A stretch of DNA of 64,000 bases from Pseudomonadota bacterium (lineage in GTDB: Bacteria > Pseudomonadota > Alphaproteobacteria > Rhodobacterales > Rhodobacteraceae): the NCBI GenBank assembly GCA_039191495.1, contig JBCCXN010000015.1:45968-109967 (forward strand). The letters are read 5' to 3'. Below, in pieces: positions 1-9,159 of the stretch; position 1 is the stretch's first letter, and every line of letters starts with the position of its first letter. A program made the position numbers and the translations under genes. Below the pieces are notes generated by a model. That model saw only the letters and a program-made list of their open reading frames with translations. It ran no database searches and was not told the origin of the DNA.

Positions 1-66
1 CAAGAGCTGGCGCGGGCGCGAAATTCGGCAAAGATGATGCGCCGCATCAGTCGCTTTTAAGCGCGA

Positions 67-1146
67 CTAAGCCTGCATTTTGAAGTGTTTTGAGAGTTTA
101 AGGCCCTGACCTTGATAGTTTGAGGCAATGTCGGCGCCATAAAGCAGTGTGGGTGTGTCGGACATCAGTTCGTAGACCAGACGCCCGACGATCTGACCAT
201 GTTCGAGTATGAAGGGTGCTTCGTGGCAACGCACTTCCAGCACACCGCGTGATCCTGAACCACCGGCCGTCGCGTGACCAAACCCCGGATCAAAGAACCC
301 GGCGTAGTGGACCCTGAACTCGCCAACCATTGCAAGATAAGGTGCCATTTCCGCGGCATAGTCGGGCGGGATCGACACGGCTTCGCGGCTTACAAGAATG
401 TAGAACGCGCCCGGATCAAGGACAATCTGGCCGGTATCGCTGTGCACGTTCTCCCAAAAATCTGCGATGCGGTAGTGCGCAATATTGTCGAGATCGATGA
501 CCCCGGTGTGCGGCTTCGCACGGTAGCCGACCAGCGTGCCTGCGTTAGGGCGCAGGTCAACAGAAAATCCCAACCCGTCGTCAATCATGGGACTGTCATC
601 GACAAGCGGGCTTTCTGCGTGAAGCGCGCGCAATTCATCATCGGACAGTACGGACTGGCCGTTGCGAAACCGGATCTGGTTCAGCCGCATACCTGTACGC
701 ACCAGTACGGAAAACGATCTTGGGCAGATCTCGGCGTAGAGCGGGCCGTGATACCCTGGTGTTATCCGGTCGAATTCAGTGCCCCCGTCGGTGATTGTGC
801 GGGTCAGCAAATCGAGCCGTCCGGTGGAACTTTTTGCATTGGCCACCGCGTGCATCCCAGCAGGCAGCGCAAGGGATTCCATCAGCGGGACTAAGTATAC
901 GCACCCCTTTTCGAGGACGGCGCCGTCGCTGAGATCAACACGATGCATCATGAAGTCGCGCAATCTGTCTGTCACGCGCGCACCTTCGCCGGTTAGGAAG
1001 GAGGCCCTCACACGGTAGGCCGTTCGCCCAAGGCGCAAGTCGAGGCTGGCAGGTTGTATCTGAGCTGGCGTCACAGGGCGCGTGCCTGCGATCTGGTTGT
1101 CGGCGATCATCTGCGCGATGGCTTGATTTGGCAACACGCCGCTCAT
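67..1146 (-). CDS. dcd: dCTP deaminase, long DCD-type (2'-deoxycytidine 5'-triphosphate deaminase)
   Basis: Track ORF 67..1203. From MSGVLPNQAIAQMI (ATG at 1146) the 359-aa product reads like the long alphaproteobacterial dCTP deaminase family along its whole length (SSTGRLD, EFRVHYAGFFDPGFG). The 19 upstream codons run toward the tRNA and are probably not translated. Confidence 0.85.
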   Translation of the reverse strand: MSGVLPNQAIAQMIADNQIAGTRPVTPAQIQPASLDLRLGRTAYRVRASFLTGEGARVTDRLRDFMMHRVDLSDGAVLEKGCVYLVPLMESLALPAGMHAVANAKSSTGRLDLLTRTITDGGTEFDRITPGYHGPLYAEICPRSFSVLVRTGMRLNQIRFRNGQSVLSDDELRALHAESPLVDDSPMIDDGLGFSVDLRPNAGTLVGYRAKPHTGVIDLDNIAHYRIADFWENVHSDTGQIVLDPGAFYILVSREAVSIPPDYAAEMAPYLAMVGEFRVHYAGFFDPGFGHATAGGSGSRGVLEVRCHEAPFILEHGQIVGRLVYELMSDTPTLLYGADIASNYQGQGLKLSKHFKMQA

Positions 1147-1213
1147 ACTCAGGCTCCTTGATGTAAAAACGCCCGCACTGTGGCAGCGCGGGCATCGGGC
1201 CAAGTGGTGTTTT

Positions 1214-1290
1214 TGGTCGGGCTAGCAGGACTTGAACCTGCGACCTTCCGTCCCCCAGACGGACGCGCTACCAGGCTGCGCCATAGCCCG
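1214..1290 (-). tRNA. tRNA-Pro (anticodon GGG)
   Basis: 77-nt cloverleaf folded by hand on the minus strand. Acceptor CGGGCTA/TAGCCCG, D stem GCGC/GCGC, anticodon stem TCCGT/ACGGA with loop CTGGGGG (anticodon GGG, G37). 5-nt variable loop, T stem GCAGG/CCTGC with TTCAAGT loop, discriminator A, encoded CCA. Confidence 0.93.
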
Positions 1291-1301
1291 ACACTCCGCG
1301 C

Positions 1302-1329
1302 TTCATACCCGATCTGGGCGTCGTGGCAA
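1302..1329 (-). promoter_or_regulatory. candidate sigma70-type promoter for tRNA-Pro
   Basis: On the minus strand, TTGCCA-N16-TATGAA ends 11 nt upstream of the mature tRNA 5' end. Hexamers were read by eye only. Confidence 0.35.
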
Positions 1330-1346
1330 GAGAGAATTGTCATGCC

Positions 1347-2405
1347 TTAGTCTTTGGAAATCTCTTTTCGCGGGCTTGCGATACTGGCCCTCAGGCGGGT
1401 GAGACGCGCCAGCAGAGGGCGGATCTGACGGGCTTGTTCCGGTGATACCGATCTAAGGTGTATCAGAGCAGCCAAAGCCGATGGGTCAACCTTGATCTCA
1501 GAGGGCAGAGGTACCGCGGGGACGTCCACGGCACGCGGTCTTGGCGGCGCGGACGGAGCATCTGTTGTTGAGGCGTCGGTGGCTTCAACGGGCGGCGCTT
1601 CTTGAGGAAAATCCTCAACTGATGCGTCGTTGGGGACTGCCGGGGCCTCTACTGGATTTGGCGCCACCGTGTCGTCTGTATCGGCCTTTTCAGCTGACAT
1701 GCGCGCCCGTGACCGGAAACTTGGCATGACCGGAGCCTCTTCCGGTTCGCTTTCCTGATCCGGTTCTGTCGGTGACCCGCGCGCGTCCAAAATTGCGTCG
1801 TCGCCGGATTCTGCCGAATCCATGGGCGCGGAAGCGTCCGCCAAGGCCACGTCATCTGACGTTGCGTCCGTTGCCAAATCTTCTTCTGCAACTGCGGACA
1901 GTTCGCTTAATTCCTCGAAGTCAGAGGCGCCTGTTTCATCATTTGTTCTGTCGTCTGCAGCTATATCTTCGAACGTGCTCGGAGCCGGTTGAGTGATATC
2001 AGAAGCCTGTTCCGGTGCATCGGTTGGCGTGTCAGCGGCTGCGGCGGGACCAGGCTCCTCGACCATGTGCTCGGTCCCCCCCTCATCGACTGGGGTCGCT
2101 TGTCCTTCGATGACAGCAATTGTCAGATCATCGAGTGGCTGGGACATGTCGGCGACATAAGCCACACCGTTTTCCCGCAACAGTTTTTGCGCGCCCTTGA
2201 TGGTCATGCCATCTTCGTGCAGCAGTTTCTTGATCCCGCCAATCAAAAGCATGTCGGACGGACGGTAATACCGCCGGCCGCCGGCGCGTTTTATCGGCTT
2301 GACCTGTGAAAACTTGCTTTCCCAGAAGCGCAGCACGTGCGCCTGTACACCCAGCCAATCGGCAACTTCCGAAATGGTGCGAAAGGCGTCGGGAGATTTT
2401 ACCAT
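1347..2405 (-). CDS. MerR-family transcriptional regulator with long acidic/Pro-rich low-complexity C-terminal region
   Basis: The N-terminal ~80 aa ([55 protein letters not shown]) is a typical MerR HTH. The stop of ihfA lies 2 nt upstream of its start (same strand), the usual alphaproteobacterial ihfA-merR pairing. Confidence 0.85.
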   Translation of the reverse strand: MVKSPDAFRTISEVADWLGVQAHVLRFWESKFSQVKPIKRAGGRRYYRPSDMLLIGGIKKLLHEDGMTIKGAQKLLRENGVAYVADMSQPLDDLTIAVIEGQATPVDEGGTEHMVEEPGPAAAADTPTDAPEQASDITQPAPSTFEDIAADDRTNDETGASDFEELSELSAVAEEDLATDATSDDVALADASAPMDSAESGDDAILDARGSPTEPDQESEPEEAPVMPSFRSRARMSAEKADTDDTVAPNPVEAPAVPNDASVEDFPQEAPPVEATDASTTDAPSAPPRPRAVDVPAVPLPSEIKVDPSALAALIHLRSVSPEQARQIRPLLARLTRLRASIASPRKEISKD

Positions 2406-2409
2406 CTGC

Positions 2410-2712
2410 TCAGGACTTGTTGCCTGCAGCGACGCGGTCCTTCATCAGATGAGACGGGCGGAAGGTCAGCACACGACGGGGGTTAATGGGGACTTCCTCG
2501 CCAGTCTTTGGGTTCCGTCCAATGCGCGCAGACTTGTCGCGAACCGAAAAGGTGCCAAATGATGAAATTTTGACCTGTTCGCCCCGTACAAGGGCGTCAG
2601 AGAGATGATCCAGCACGGATTCGACCAGTTGCGCGCTTTCGTTGCGCGACAATCCGACTTCCCGAAACACCGCTTCACTTAGATCCATTCGGGTCAAAGT
2701 CTTCTCAGCCAT
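2410..2712 (-). CDS. ihfA: integration host factor subunit alpha
   Basis: 100-aa HU/IHF-fold protein ([12 protein letters not shown]...[23 protein letters not shown]), the IHF-alpha signature. Confidence 0.93.
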   Translation of the reverse strand: MAEKTLTRMDLSEAVFREVGLSRNESAQLVESVLDHLSDALVRGEQVKISSFGTFSVRDKSARIGRNPKTGEEVPINPRRVLTFRPSHLMKDRVAAGNKS

Positions 2713-2719
2713 ATCTATC

Positions 2720-2746
2720 CCCCTGTTTTATTGAAACAATAAGGGG
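2720..2746 (-). promoter_or_regulatory. stem-loop overlapping the ihfA Shine-Dalgarno sequence
   Basis: The minus-strand RNA CCCC-UUAUUG-UUU-CAAUAA-(AACA)-GGGG forms 10 bp with a 4-nt bulge. The 3' GGGG arm is part of the GGGGGA SD, 5 nt before the ihfA ATG. Confidence 0.35.
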
Positions 2747-2807
2747 AGGAGAAATTGGGAGTCAACAATGTTACGCGCTTGGGGCGCACGTCAGCAGGAA
2801 TTCACAC

Positions 2808-3779
2808 CTACCAGCGGAGTACGACCGCACCCCACGCAAGCCCGCCGCCGATTGCTTCGGTTACGATCAGATCGCCGGATTTGATCTGTCCGCGCGCGAA
2901 TCCCACGGAGAGCGCCAACGGGATCGAAGCAGCTGAAGTGTTGCCGTGGTCCTGTACGGTGACAACGACTTTTTCCATCGGTAGCCCGAGCTTTTTGGCG
3001 GTACCCTGAATGATCCGGATATTGGCCTGATGCGGTACAACCCAGTCGACATCTGACGCTGTCACGCCCGCCTGTTCCAACGCGGTATTCGCGGTTGCTG
3101 CGAGTTTTTCGACCGCGTGGCGGAATACTTGGTTGCCCTGCATCCGCAGGTATCCGGTCGTGCCGGTCGATACTCCCCCGTCAACGTACAACAGATCCTT
3201 ATGCCGCCCGTCAGAGTTCAGATCAGTTGACAGGATGCCGCGATCGGATGGCCGGCCTGACGCCTCTTGGGCTTGCAAAACCAGCGCGCCTGCACCATCG
3301 CCAAAGAGTACGCAGGTCGACCGGTCCGACCAATCCATGATACGACTGAAGGTCTCTGCTCCGATCACGAGGACTCGCTTGGCCTGACCGGAGATGAGCA
3401 TGGCGTTTGCGTTTGCGAGCGCAAATACAAACCCTGCGCAGACAGCCTGGACGTCAAAGGCAAATCCGTGTGTCATGCCCAACTCTGCTTGCACCATCGT
3501 TGCAGCCGACGGAAAGGTCAGATCTGCGGTCGATGTTGCCACAATGATGGCATCGATATCCTCGACGCCAAAACCAGCATTGGCCAGCGCTGCCAGCGCT
3601 GCTTTTGCTGCCATGGCGGACGTTGTTTCACCTTCGGCTGCGAAGTGGCGGCGCTCAATGCCTGAGCGGGTGCGTATCCACTCGTCGTTGGTGTCGAGTG
3701 TTTTTTCGAATTCGCTGTTCGGGACCACGCGCTCCGGCAGATAGTGTCCGACGCCTTTAACCACCGCGCGCAATGTCAT
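2808..3779 (-). CDS. fabH: beta-ketoacyl-ACP synthase III
   Basis: 323 aa with the FabH hallmarks (AFDVQAVCAGFVFAL active-site Cys region, VPHQANIRI, GNTSAASIPLAL). ATGA overlap with plsX. Confidence 0.93.
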   Translation of the reverse strand: MTLRAVVKGVGHYLPERVVPNSEFEKTLDTNDEWIRTRSGIERRHFAAEGETTSAMAAKAALAALANAGFGVEDIDAIIVATSTADLTFPSAATMVQAELGMTHGFAFDVQAVCAGFVFALANANAMLISGQAKRVLVIGAETFSRIMDWSDRSTCVLFGDGAGALVLQAQEASGRPSDRGILSTDLNSDGRHKDLLYVDGGVSTGTTGYLRMQGNQVFRHAVEKLAATANTALEQAGVTASDVDWVVPHQANIRIIQGTAKKLGLPMEKVVVTVQDHGNTSAASIPLALSVGFARGQIKSGDLIVTEAIGGGLAWGAVVLRW

Positions 3780-4849
3780 TGCGGAGGCTCCTCGACAGGC
3801 ACGCTTGCAACACGGGCAGCCAGTCTATCGGTGAATTGAATTTGCGAAAGCCGGGCTGCCAGCTTGATCGCCGAGGATACGCCGGTTGCATCCGCCGCGC
3901 CGTGTGACTTTACGACCGTGCCGTTCAGGCCAAGGAACACGCCGCCGTTCACACGTCTTGGGTCGATTTTCTTTCTCAGTCTGCGCAGAGAAGGATAGGC
4001 CAGCAGCGATGCCAGTCGGGACATCGGGGTGAATTTGAATGCCTCCCGCAAACGCGCGCCAATCAGGTTCGCTGTGCCTTCGCCGGTTTTGATCGCAACG
4101 TTGCCAGTAAAGCCATCGGTCACAATGACGTCGCAGATATTACCGGAGATATCCCCGCCTTCCACAAAGCCAACAAATTCAAAGCCTGCATGATCCTGTT
4201 GCGACGCGATCAGCTCGTGGGCTTCTTTCAGCTCGTTTCGGCCCTTATGCTCTTCAGTCCCGACGTTTAGCAGACCAACCCTTGGGCGCGCCAGCTCCAT
4301 ACCGTTTCGGGCGTATGACATCCCCATCAAGGCAAAGCGTACCAGATCATTTGGATCCGCCCGCACATCCGCGCCGACATCGAGAAGCACGTTAAAGCCT
4401 TGGGGATTGCTGGAAGGATACAGAACGGCAATCGCAGGGCGGTTCACACCGGGCAATTTACGTAGCCGGATCATGGAGAGCGCCATGAGCGCGCCGGTGT
4501 TTCCGCAGGAAACCGCCACCGAGGCCGTTCCGTCGCGCACTGCCTCAATCGCTGACCACATTGACGTACTTTTGCCATTGCGCACAACCTGGCTGGGTTT
4601 GTCTTCCATTGTGACCACGTCGGTGGCCTCGCGAACATCGCACCGTCCGCTCAGCGCTTTGCGGCGCTGAATAAGTGGTTCAAGCTGTGCTTTGGGCCCG
4701 TGCAGCAGGAAAAAAATGTCTGGGTTCTTGCGTGCTGATCTGTCGCAACCCGCAATAATAGCAGCGGGGCCATCGTCCCCGCCCATCGCATCTATGGAAA
4801 TTACGGTGCGATCAGAGTGCGCGTGTGTTGTATCGGTCTGCGCCGACAT
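3776..4849 (-). CDS. plsX: phosphate acyltransferase PlsX
   Basis: ISIDAMGGDDGP and GNTGALMA motifs. Start set at MSAQTD (ATG 4849, GGGGG about 10 nt upstream). The track ORF extends to a TTG at 4894, only 3 nt after rpmF, so the start is uncertain by 15 codons. Confidence 0.9.
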   Translation of the reverse strand: MSAQTDTTHAHSDRTVISIDAMGGDDGPAAIIAGCDRSARKNPDIFFLLHGPKAQLEPLIQRRKALSGRCDVREATDVVTMEDKPSQVVRNGKSTSMWSAIEAVRDGTASVAVSCGNTGALMALSMIRLRKLPGVNRPAIAVLYPSSNPQGFNVLLDVGADVRADPNDLVRFALMGMSYARNGMELARPRVGLLNVGTEEHKGRNELKEAHELIASQQDHAGFEFVGFVEGGDISGNICDVIVTDGFTGNVAIKTGEGTANLIGARLREAFKFTPMSRLASLLAYPSLRRLRKKIDPRRVNGGVFLGLNGTVVKSHGAADATGVSSAIKLAARLSQIQFTDRLAARVASVPVEEPPQ

Positions 4850-4897
4850 GGAGAGACTGCCCCCGAACCTCGCTGCCTTTATCATTAAGGCCAAGGT

Positions 4898-5104
4898 TTA
4901 GGCTGCGTCGTCCTCCAGATCAATCTCTTCCGTCAACGCGATCACTTCATTGTCGTCATAATGGCCACAGGCCGCACAGATGTGATGTGGACGCTTCAGC
5001 TCACCACAGTTGGAGCATTCATTCGGATTCGCAGCCAGCAATGCATCGTGCGCGCGGCGGTTATTGCGGCGCGATTTCGAGACTTTGTTCTGTTGAACAG
5101 CCAT
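4898..5104 (-). CDS. rpmF: 50S ribosomal protein L32
   Basis: [19 protein letters not shown]... with a CxxC...CxxC zinc ribbon. Start is at ATG 5104; the track ORF is over-extended to 5164. Confidence 0.92.
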   Translation of the reverse strand: MAVQQNKVSKSRRNNRRAHDALLAANPNECSNCGELKRPHHICAACGHYDDNEVIALTEEIDLEDDAA

Positions 5105-5251
5105 TGTCTTGGGCCTTTTGTTGTTGAGGGCCTGGCTGGTCGTGCAGAAAGCCAGCGGGGCCAAGTTTCATCCATATGTCCCAGTGTCGGGCGTGACGTG
5201 CGTTTAGGCCCAAGCCAACGCTTTGTCCAACCCTATTTGGGTGAGCGGCGC

Positions 5252-5279
5252 AAAATACTTTGATTGCTCAAATGTGCAA
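5252..5279 (-). promoter_or_regulatory. candidate promoter inside the yceD-rpmF spacer
   Basis: Minus strand TTGCAC-N16-TATTTT, about 150 nt upstream of the rpmF ATG. Read by eye; weak match to consensus. Confidence 0.25.
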
Positions 5280-5347
5280 GGGTTTTTTGATGATTTGTCG
5301 CGCCGTCACGCGCGCTTGGTCGACTTGCGACTCAATGGGTCTGAGGA

Positions 5348-5911
5348 TCAAGCATCGCCGTCGGTATCGTCCTGTTTCAAACGCGCTTTCAAACCGGCCA
5401 ATCCCGCGAATGGTTTGACGTCCGCATCCCGCATCGGTGTCACTCCTGGTGCGCTCAGCACCATTTCGCCCAGAACCGCATCGGGTTTGCGCGGGAAAAG
5501 CGGTAAGTTCAGCGCGAGGCTTTCGTGCATTACAGCTTCTGGATCAATCCAGGTCCCCAGCGGTTCCTTACTGTCATCCTCGGGCATTTCTGCTTCGGGC
5601 GCTTCCACTTCCGCAAAATCTCTCTGGTAAAGGCGGCTGACCGGTACGTCGATGCGCGTCGTGACAGGTTCAAGCGTCACCGCACAAGGCTGGACCACTG
5701 TAGCGCCCAATTTGCCTGTCAATCGCCAGTCTGCGTCGCCCGCCGCCACGACTTCTCCGGAAAAAATGACTTTTCGAGCGTCCAGCAGATCCAGATTTTC
5801 CGCCAGCGTGCGCAGCGCCGCCGGATCCGGACGGATAGCGAAAGCCGTCGCTGCCGTTTGCGACAGGGCGGACACACGCAACGCATACGCGGACGGGGCA
5901 GCAGGTTTCAT
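5348..5911 (-). CDS. yceD: DUF177/YceD-family protein (large-subunit rRNA accumulation protein)
   Basis: 187-aa acidic protein in the conserved position upstream of rpmF-plsX-fabH. The central QPCAVTLEPV segment is typical of DUF177. Confidence 0.8.
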   Translation of the reverse strand: MKPAAPSAYALRVSALSQTAATAFAIRPDPAALRTLAENLDLLDARKVIFSGEVVAAGDADWRLTGKLGATVVQPCAVTLEPVTTRIDVPVSRLYQRDFAEVEAPEAEMPEDDSKEPLGTWIDPEAVMHESLALNLPLFPRKPDAVLGEMVLSAPGVTPMRDADVKPFAGLAGLKARLKQDDTDGDA

Positions 5912-5999
5912 CTGTTGTACTTTCGTTTCTTGAACCCAAGGGCCTGCTTGGTGTATGCGACGTAAAAGCGGTAAGGCTCAAGGGCAAGAGGTCGAGAAA

Positions 6000-6476
6000 A
6001 TGTTCAGCCGTCTACCTGTCGGACCAATCTCCGCGCAGTGTAAGCGTGTTGTTTGCGCAGTGCTTGTGTGTGCGGCCGTTGCCGGATGTTCTCCGATTTA
6101 CCGAAACCACGGTTACGTGCCGCCGCAAGAAGAGCTCGATCAGATCGCGGTTGGCATCGACACCCGTGCAAGCGTGGAAGAGACCCTTGGATCGACTGGC
6201 GCAACTTCGGTGCTCGAAGATGATGCCATTTATTTTGTGCGCAGCCGTGTAAGGACCTTTGCAATGCTGGAGCCGGAAGTCATCGAACGCGAAGTTGTTG
6301 CCGTCAGTTTTGACAGCAATGGCATCGTGTCGAATGTTGAAACATTCGGGCTGGAGCGTGGCAGACCGATCCAACTGACCCAGCGGGTGACGGATTCCAG
6401 CGTTGCTGGCAAGAGCTTCTTCCAACAACTCTTTGGCAATGTGGGTGCGATCGGGCCCGGGTCTATACCACGATAG
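6000..6476 (+). CDS. bamE: outer membrane protein assembly factor BamE (SmpA/OmlA lipoprotein)
   Basis: ATG 6000 preceded by GAGG. Lipobox AVAGC followed by SPIYRNHGYVP...GIDTRASVEETLGSTG, typical of alphaproteobacterial BamE. Confidence 0.8.
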   Translation: MFSRLPVGPISAQCKRVVCAVLVCAAVAGCSPIYRNHGYVPPQEELDQIAVGIDTRASVEETLGSTGATSVLEDDAIYFVRSRVRTFAMLEPEVIEREVVAVSFDSNGIVSNVETFGLERGRPIQLTQRVTDSSVAGKSFFQQLFGNVGAIGPGSIPR

Positions 6477-6566
6477 CCGCGCAGGAGGTCGTCGGTCATA
6501 TGAACACATGCACCTTCTCCCAGCGTGTCTCGGCTTCCGGCTTATGTGATCGGACTTGATTGCGAT

Positions 6567-7301
6567 ATGGTGCGTTTTGGTCGTCACCGCTATACGGCTG
6601 AGGTCGCGAAGACGGAAGTTCAGTTTGCGCAGGCATGGGCGTTCAGAGCCCGTTGTTTCTGTGTTGATCACAAAGTTGACGGCGATGACTTCGATCGCAA
6701 GTGTAAACACGTTTTGATAACCGATACGGCGAACGACAAGCTGGTCGGCTGCTTTAGAATACTGCACCTGAGCGGCAGCGGTATTGCGCAAAGCTATTCG
6801 GCACAGTTTTACGACTTGTCCGCGCTCAAAAACTACAAGGGCGGTATGCTCGAAATGGGCAGATTTTGTACCGATCCTGCCTGTGCAGATCCAGACGTGC
6901 TCCGCTTGGCATGGGCCGCAATCACTGATTTTGTCGATATGCATGACGTCCAGCTCTTGTTTGGCTGTTCGTCGTTCAAGGGCACCGCGGTCGCCGGCTA
7001 CACGGACACGTTTGCGCTGCTCAAGGCGCGCCATCTCGCGCCGTCGCACTGGATGCCCAAAATCAAGTCGCCGCGCGTGCATCGCTTTGCCCAACTGGCA
7101 GGCGACGGTAAGACAGACCTAAAAAATGGCTTAAAGCAGATCCCACCGCTGTTGCGCAGCTATTTGTCTATGGGTGGCTGGGTCAGCGATCATGCGGTTG
7201 TCGACGACCGCATGGGCACGTTGCATGTGTTTACCGGTGTCGAAGTGGCGGCGATCCCGCCTGCGCGCAAGCGGTTGTTGCGCGCTCTATCGTCTGCATG
7301 A
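6567..7301 (+). CDS. GNAT-like N-acyltransferase, OlsB/hemolysin-like (ornithine-lipid N-acyltransferase family)
   Basis: Start at MVRFGRHRY (ATG 6567). Pattern ...AEVAKTEVQFAQAWAFRARCF...CFRIL...YSAQFYDL...LEMGRFC is typical of the Acetyltransf_5/OlsB family. Confidence 0.7.
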   Translation: MVRFGRHRYTAEVAKTEVQFAQAWAFRARCFCVDHKVDGDDFDRKCKHVLITDTANDKLVGCFRILHLSGSGIAQSYSAQFYDLSALKNYKGGMLEMGRFCTDPACADPDVLRLAWAAITDFVDMHDVQLLFGCSSFKGTAVAGYTDTFALLKARHLAPSHWMPKIKSPRVHRFAQLAGDGKTDLKNGLKQIPPLLRSYLSMGGWVSDHAVVDDRMGTLHVFTGVEVAAIPPARKRLLRALSSA

Positions 7302-7347
7302 ACCGGCAGGGATTGACGCGAGCTCACCATAGGCATAGCTGCGCTCT

Positions 7348-9159
7348 ATGGCGCATGTTCCGCTTTTGCAACTCAACCAGATCGCTCTGACTTTTGGCGG
7401 CGATCCTGTCTTTGAAAACCTCAGTCTCGTGGTCCAGCCTGGGGATCGGATCGCGCTTGTCGGGCGCAACGGAACCGGAAAATCTACGCTGATGAAAGTT
7501 ATGGCCGGTCTGGTCGAGGCGGACAGTGGCACAATCGTGCGCGGGGCTGGCGTTTCGGTTGGATATATGGAGCAGGACCCGGATTTGACCGGTTTTGCCA
7601 CGCTGGGTGACTTTGCCGCGCAAGACCTGGAAGCTTCTGATCTTTACAAGGTCGAAAGAGCGGGCGAGGGGCTCAAATTCGATCCGGCCAGGCTGGTTGA
7701 AACGTCGAGCGGGGGTGAAAGGCGACGCGCTGCACTGGCACGCGTCATGGCGGATGCGCCTGATCTGATGCTGCTGGACGAACCGACCAACCATCTCGAT
7801 ATTGAGGCAATTGCCTGGCTCGAGGATGAGTTACGCCACAGCCGACAGGGCTATGTCTTGATCAGTCACGATCGGGCGTTTCTGCGCGCCTTGTCGCGCG
7901 CAACGCTCTGGATCGATCGTGGCGCCGTGCGCCGTCAGGATAAAGGGTTTGATGCGTTCGAGGCCTGGCGCGACACGATTTGGCACGAAGAGGACACCCA
8001 GCGCCACAAGCTCAACAGAAAGATCAAGGCAGAGTCGCTTTGGGCCGTCGAAGGGATATCGGCGCGGCGCAAACGCAATCAGGGCCGCGTTCGGGCGCTG
8101 CAGGCGCTTCGGGCGGAACGCGCCGCTCAAATCAGGCGCCAGGGACGGGCAGCGATGGCGCTTGAAGCGGGGCCAAAGTCGGGGCGCAAGGTGATCGAAG
8201 CGCGGGGCATTTCCAAGACATTCGAAGGAAGAGCAATATTGCGCCCCTTCGATCTGACGGTGGAACGCGGCGATCGTATCGCCTTTGTGGGCCCCAACGG
8301 CGTTGGCAAGACCACGCTGCTCAACATGCTGATCGGTATGACGCCACCAGATGCCGGGACGGTCAAACTGGGCACGAACCTGGAAATCGCGATGCTTGAC
8401 CAAAGACGCGACCAGCTCAACGGCGATCTGAGCCTTTGGGACAATCTGACCAGCGATCCGGAGATGCGCGTGTCCGGCAAAGCGGATCAGGTCATGGTGC
8501 GCGGCACGCCCAAACATGTCGTTGGGTACCTTAAAGAGTTTCTTTTTGACGAGGCGCAGGCGCGCGCACCGGTCCGGTCTTTGTCTGGCGGAGAGAAAGC
8601 GCGCCTTTTGCTGGCACGGATCATGGCGCGTGAGAGCAACCTGCTGGTCCTTGACGAGCCAACCAATGATCTGGATGTGGAAACGCTTGATCTGTTGCAG
8701 GAATTGCTGGGAACCTATGACGGAACCGTCCTATTTGTCAGCCACGATCGCGATTTTCTGGACCGTGTTGCCGCAACCACAATCGCAATGGAAGGAGACG
8801 GAGGTGCGATCGTTTACGCTGGCGGGTGGAGCGATTACCTCAACCAACGGCGCACACCCGACGTTGCAAAGTCAGATTTGCCAAAGGGAAAACCCACGTC
8901 TGATCCTGACACTGAGGTGGTGAAACCGAAAACCGGCCTGAGCTTTACAGAAAAGCACCGGCTTGACGCATTACCTGCCGAAATCGAACGGCTTGAGGCG
9001 GAAATCGGCAAGCTCTCCGAATTGCTGAATGATCCGGGGCTTTTCACTGCAAATCCGGTGAAGTTCCAGAAAGCGACAGACGCGCTGTTGGAACGACAGG
9101 GCAAGCTGGCGCATGCCGAAGAAGAGTGGCTGCAGCTTGAAGAAAAAGCGCAAGGCTAG
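7348..9159 (+). CDS. uup: ABC-F family ATPase, Uup-like
   Basis: Two ABC cassettes (GRNGTGKST / LSGGERRRAAL / LLLDEPTNHLD and GPNGVGKTT / LSGGEKARLLL / LVLDEPTNDLD), no TM domain, C-terminal coiled-coil tail. Confidence 0.88.
   Translation: MAHVPLLQLNQIALTFGGDPVFENLSLVVQPGDRIALVGRNGTGKSTLMKVMAGLVEADSGTIVRGAGVSVGYMEQDPDLTGFATLGDFAAQDLEASDLYKVERAGEGLKFDPARLVETSSGGERRRAALARVMADAPDLMLLDEPTNHLDIEAIAWLEDELRHSRQGYVLISHDRAFLRALSRATLWIDRGAVRRQDKGFDAFEAWRDTIWHEEDTQRHKLNRKIKAESLWAVEGISARRKRNQGRVRALQALRAERAAQIRRQGRAAMALEAGPKSGRKVIEARGISKTFEGRAILRPFDLTVERGDRIAFVGPNGVGKTTLLNMLIGMTPPDAGTVKLGTNLEIAMLDQRRDQLNGDLSLWDNLTSDPEMRVSGKADQVMVRGTPKHVVGYLKEFLFDEAQARAPVRSLSGGEKARLLLARIMARESNLLVLDEPTNDLDVETLDLLQELLGTYDGTVLFVSHDRDFLDRVAATTIAMEGDGGAIVYAGGWSDYLNQRRTPDVAKSDLPKGKPTSDPDTEVVKPKTGLSFTEKHRLDALPAEIERLEAEIGKLSELLNDPGLFTANPVKFQKATDALLERQGKLAHAEEEWLQLEEKAQG

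Noticed and set aside
1-60. Open frame ending at TAA 58-60 (QELARARNSAKMMRRISRF*), possibly the 3' end of a plus-strand gene
   Set aside because: Only 19 codons are visible and there is no recognisable motif, so a call cannot be supported.
6012-7094. 360-aa minus-strand ORF spanning bamE and the OlsB-like gene
   Set aside because: It is antisense to two ORFs with clear family signatures. Its product is Arg/His/Cys-rich with no motif, typical of a high-GC shadow ORF.
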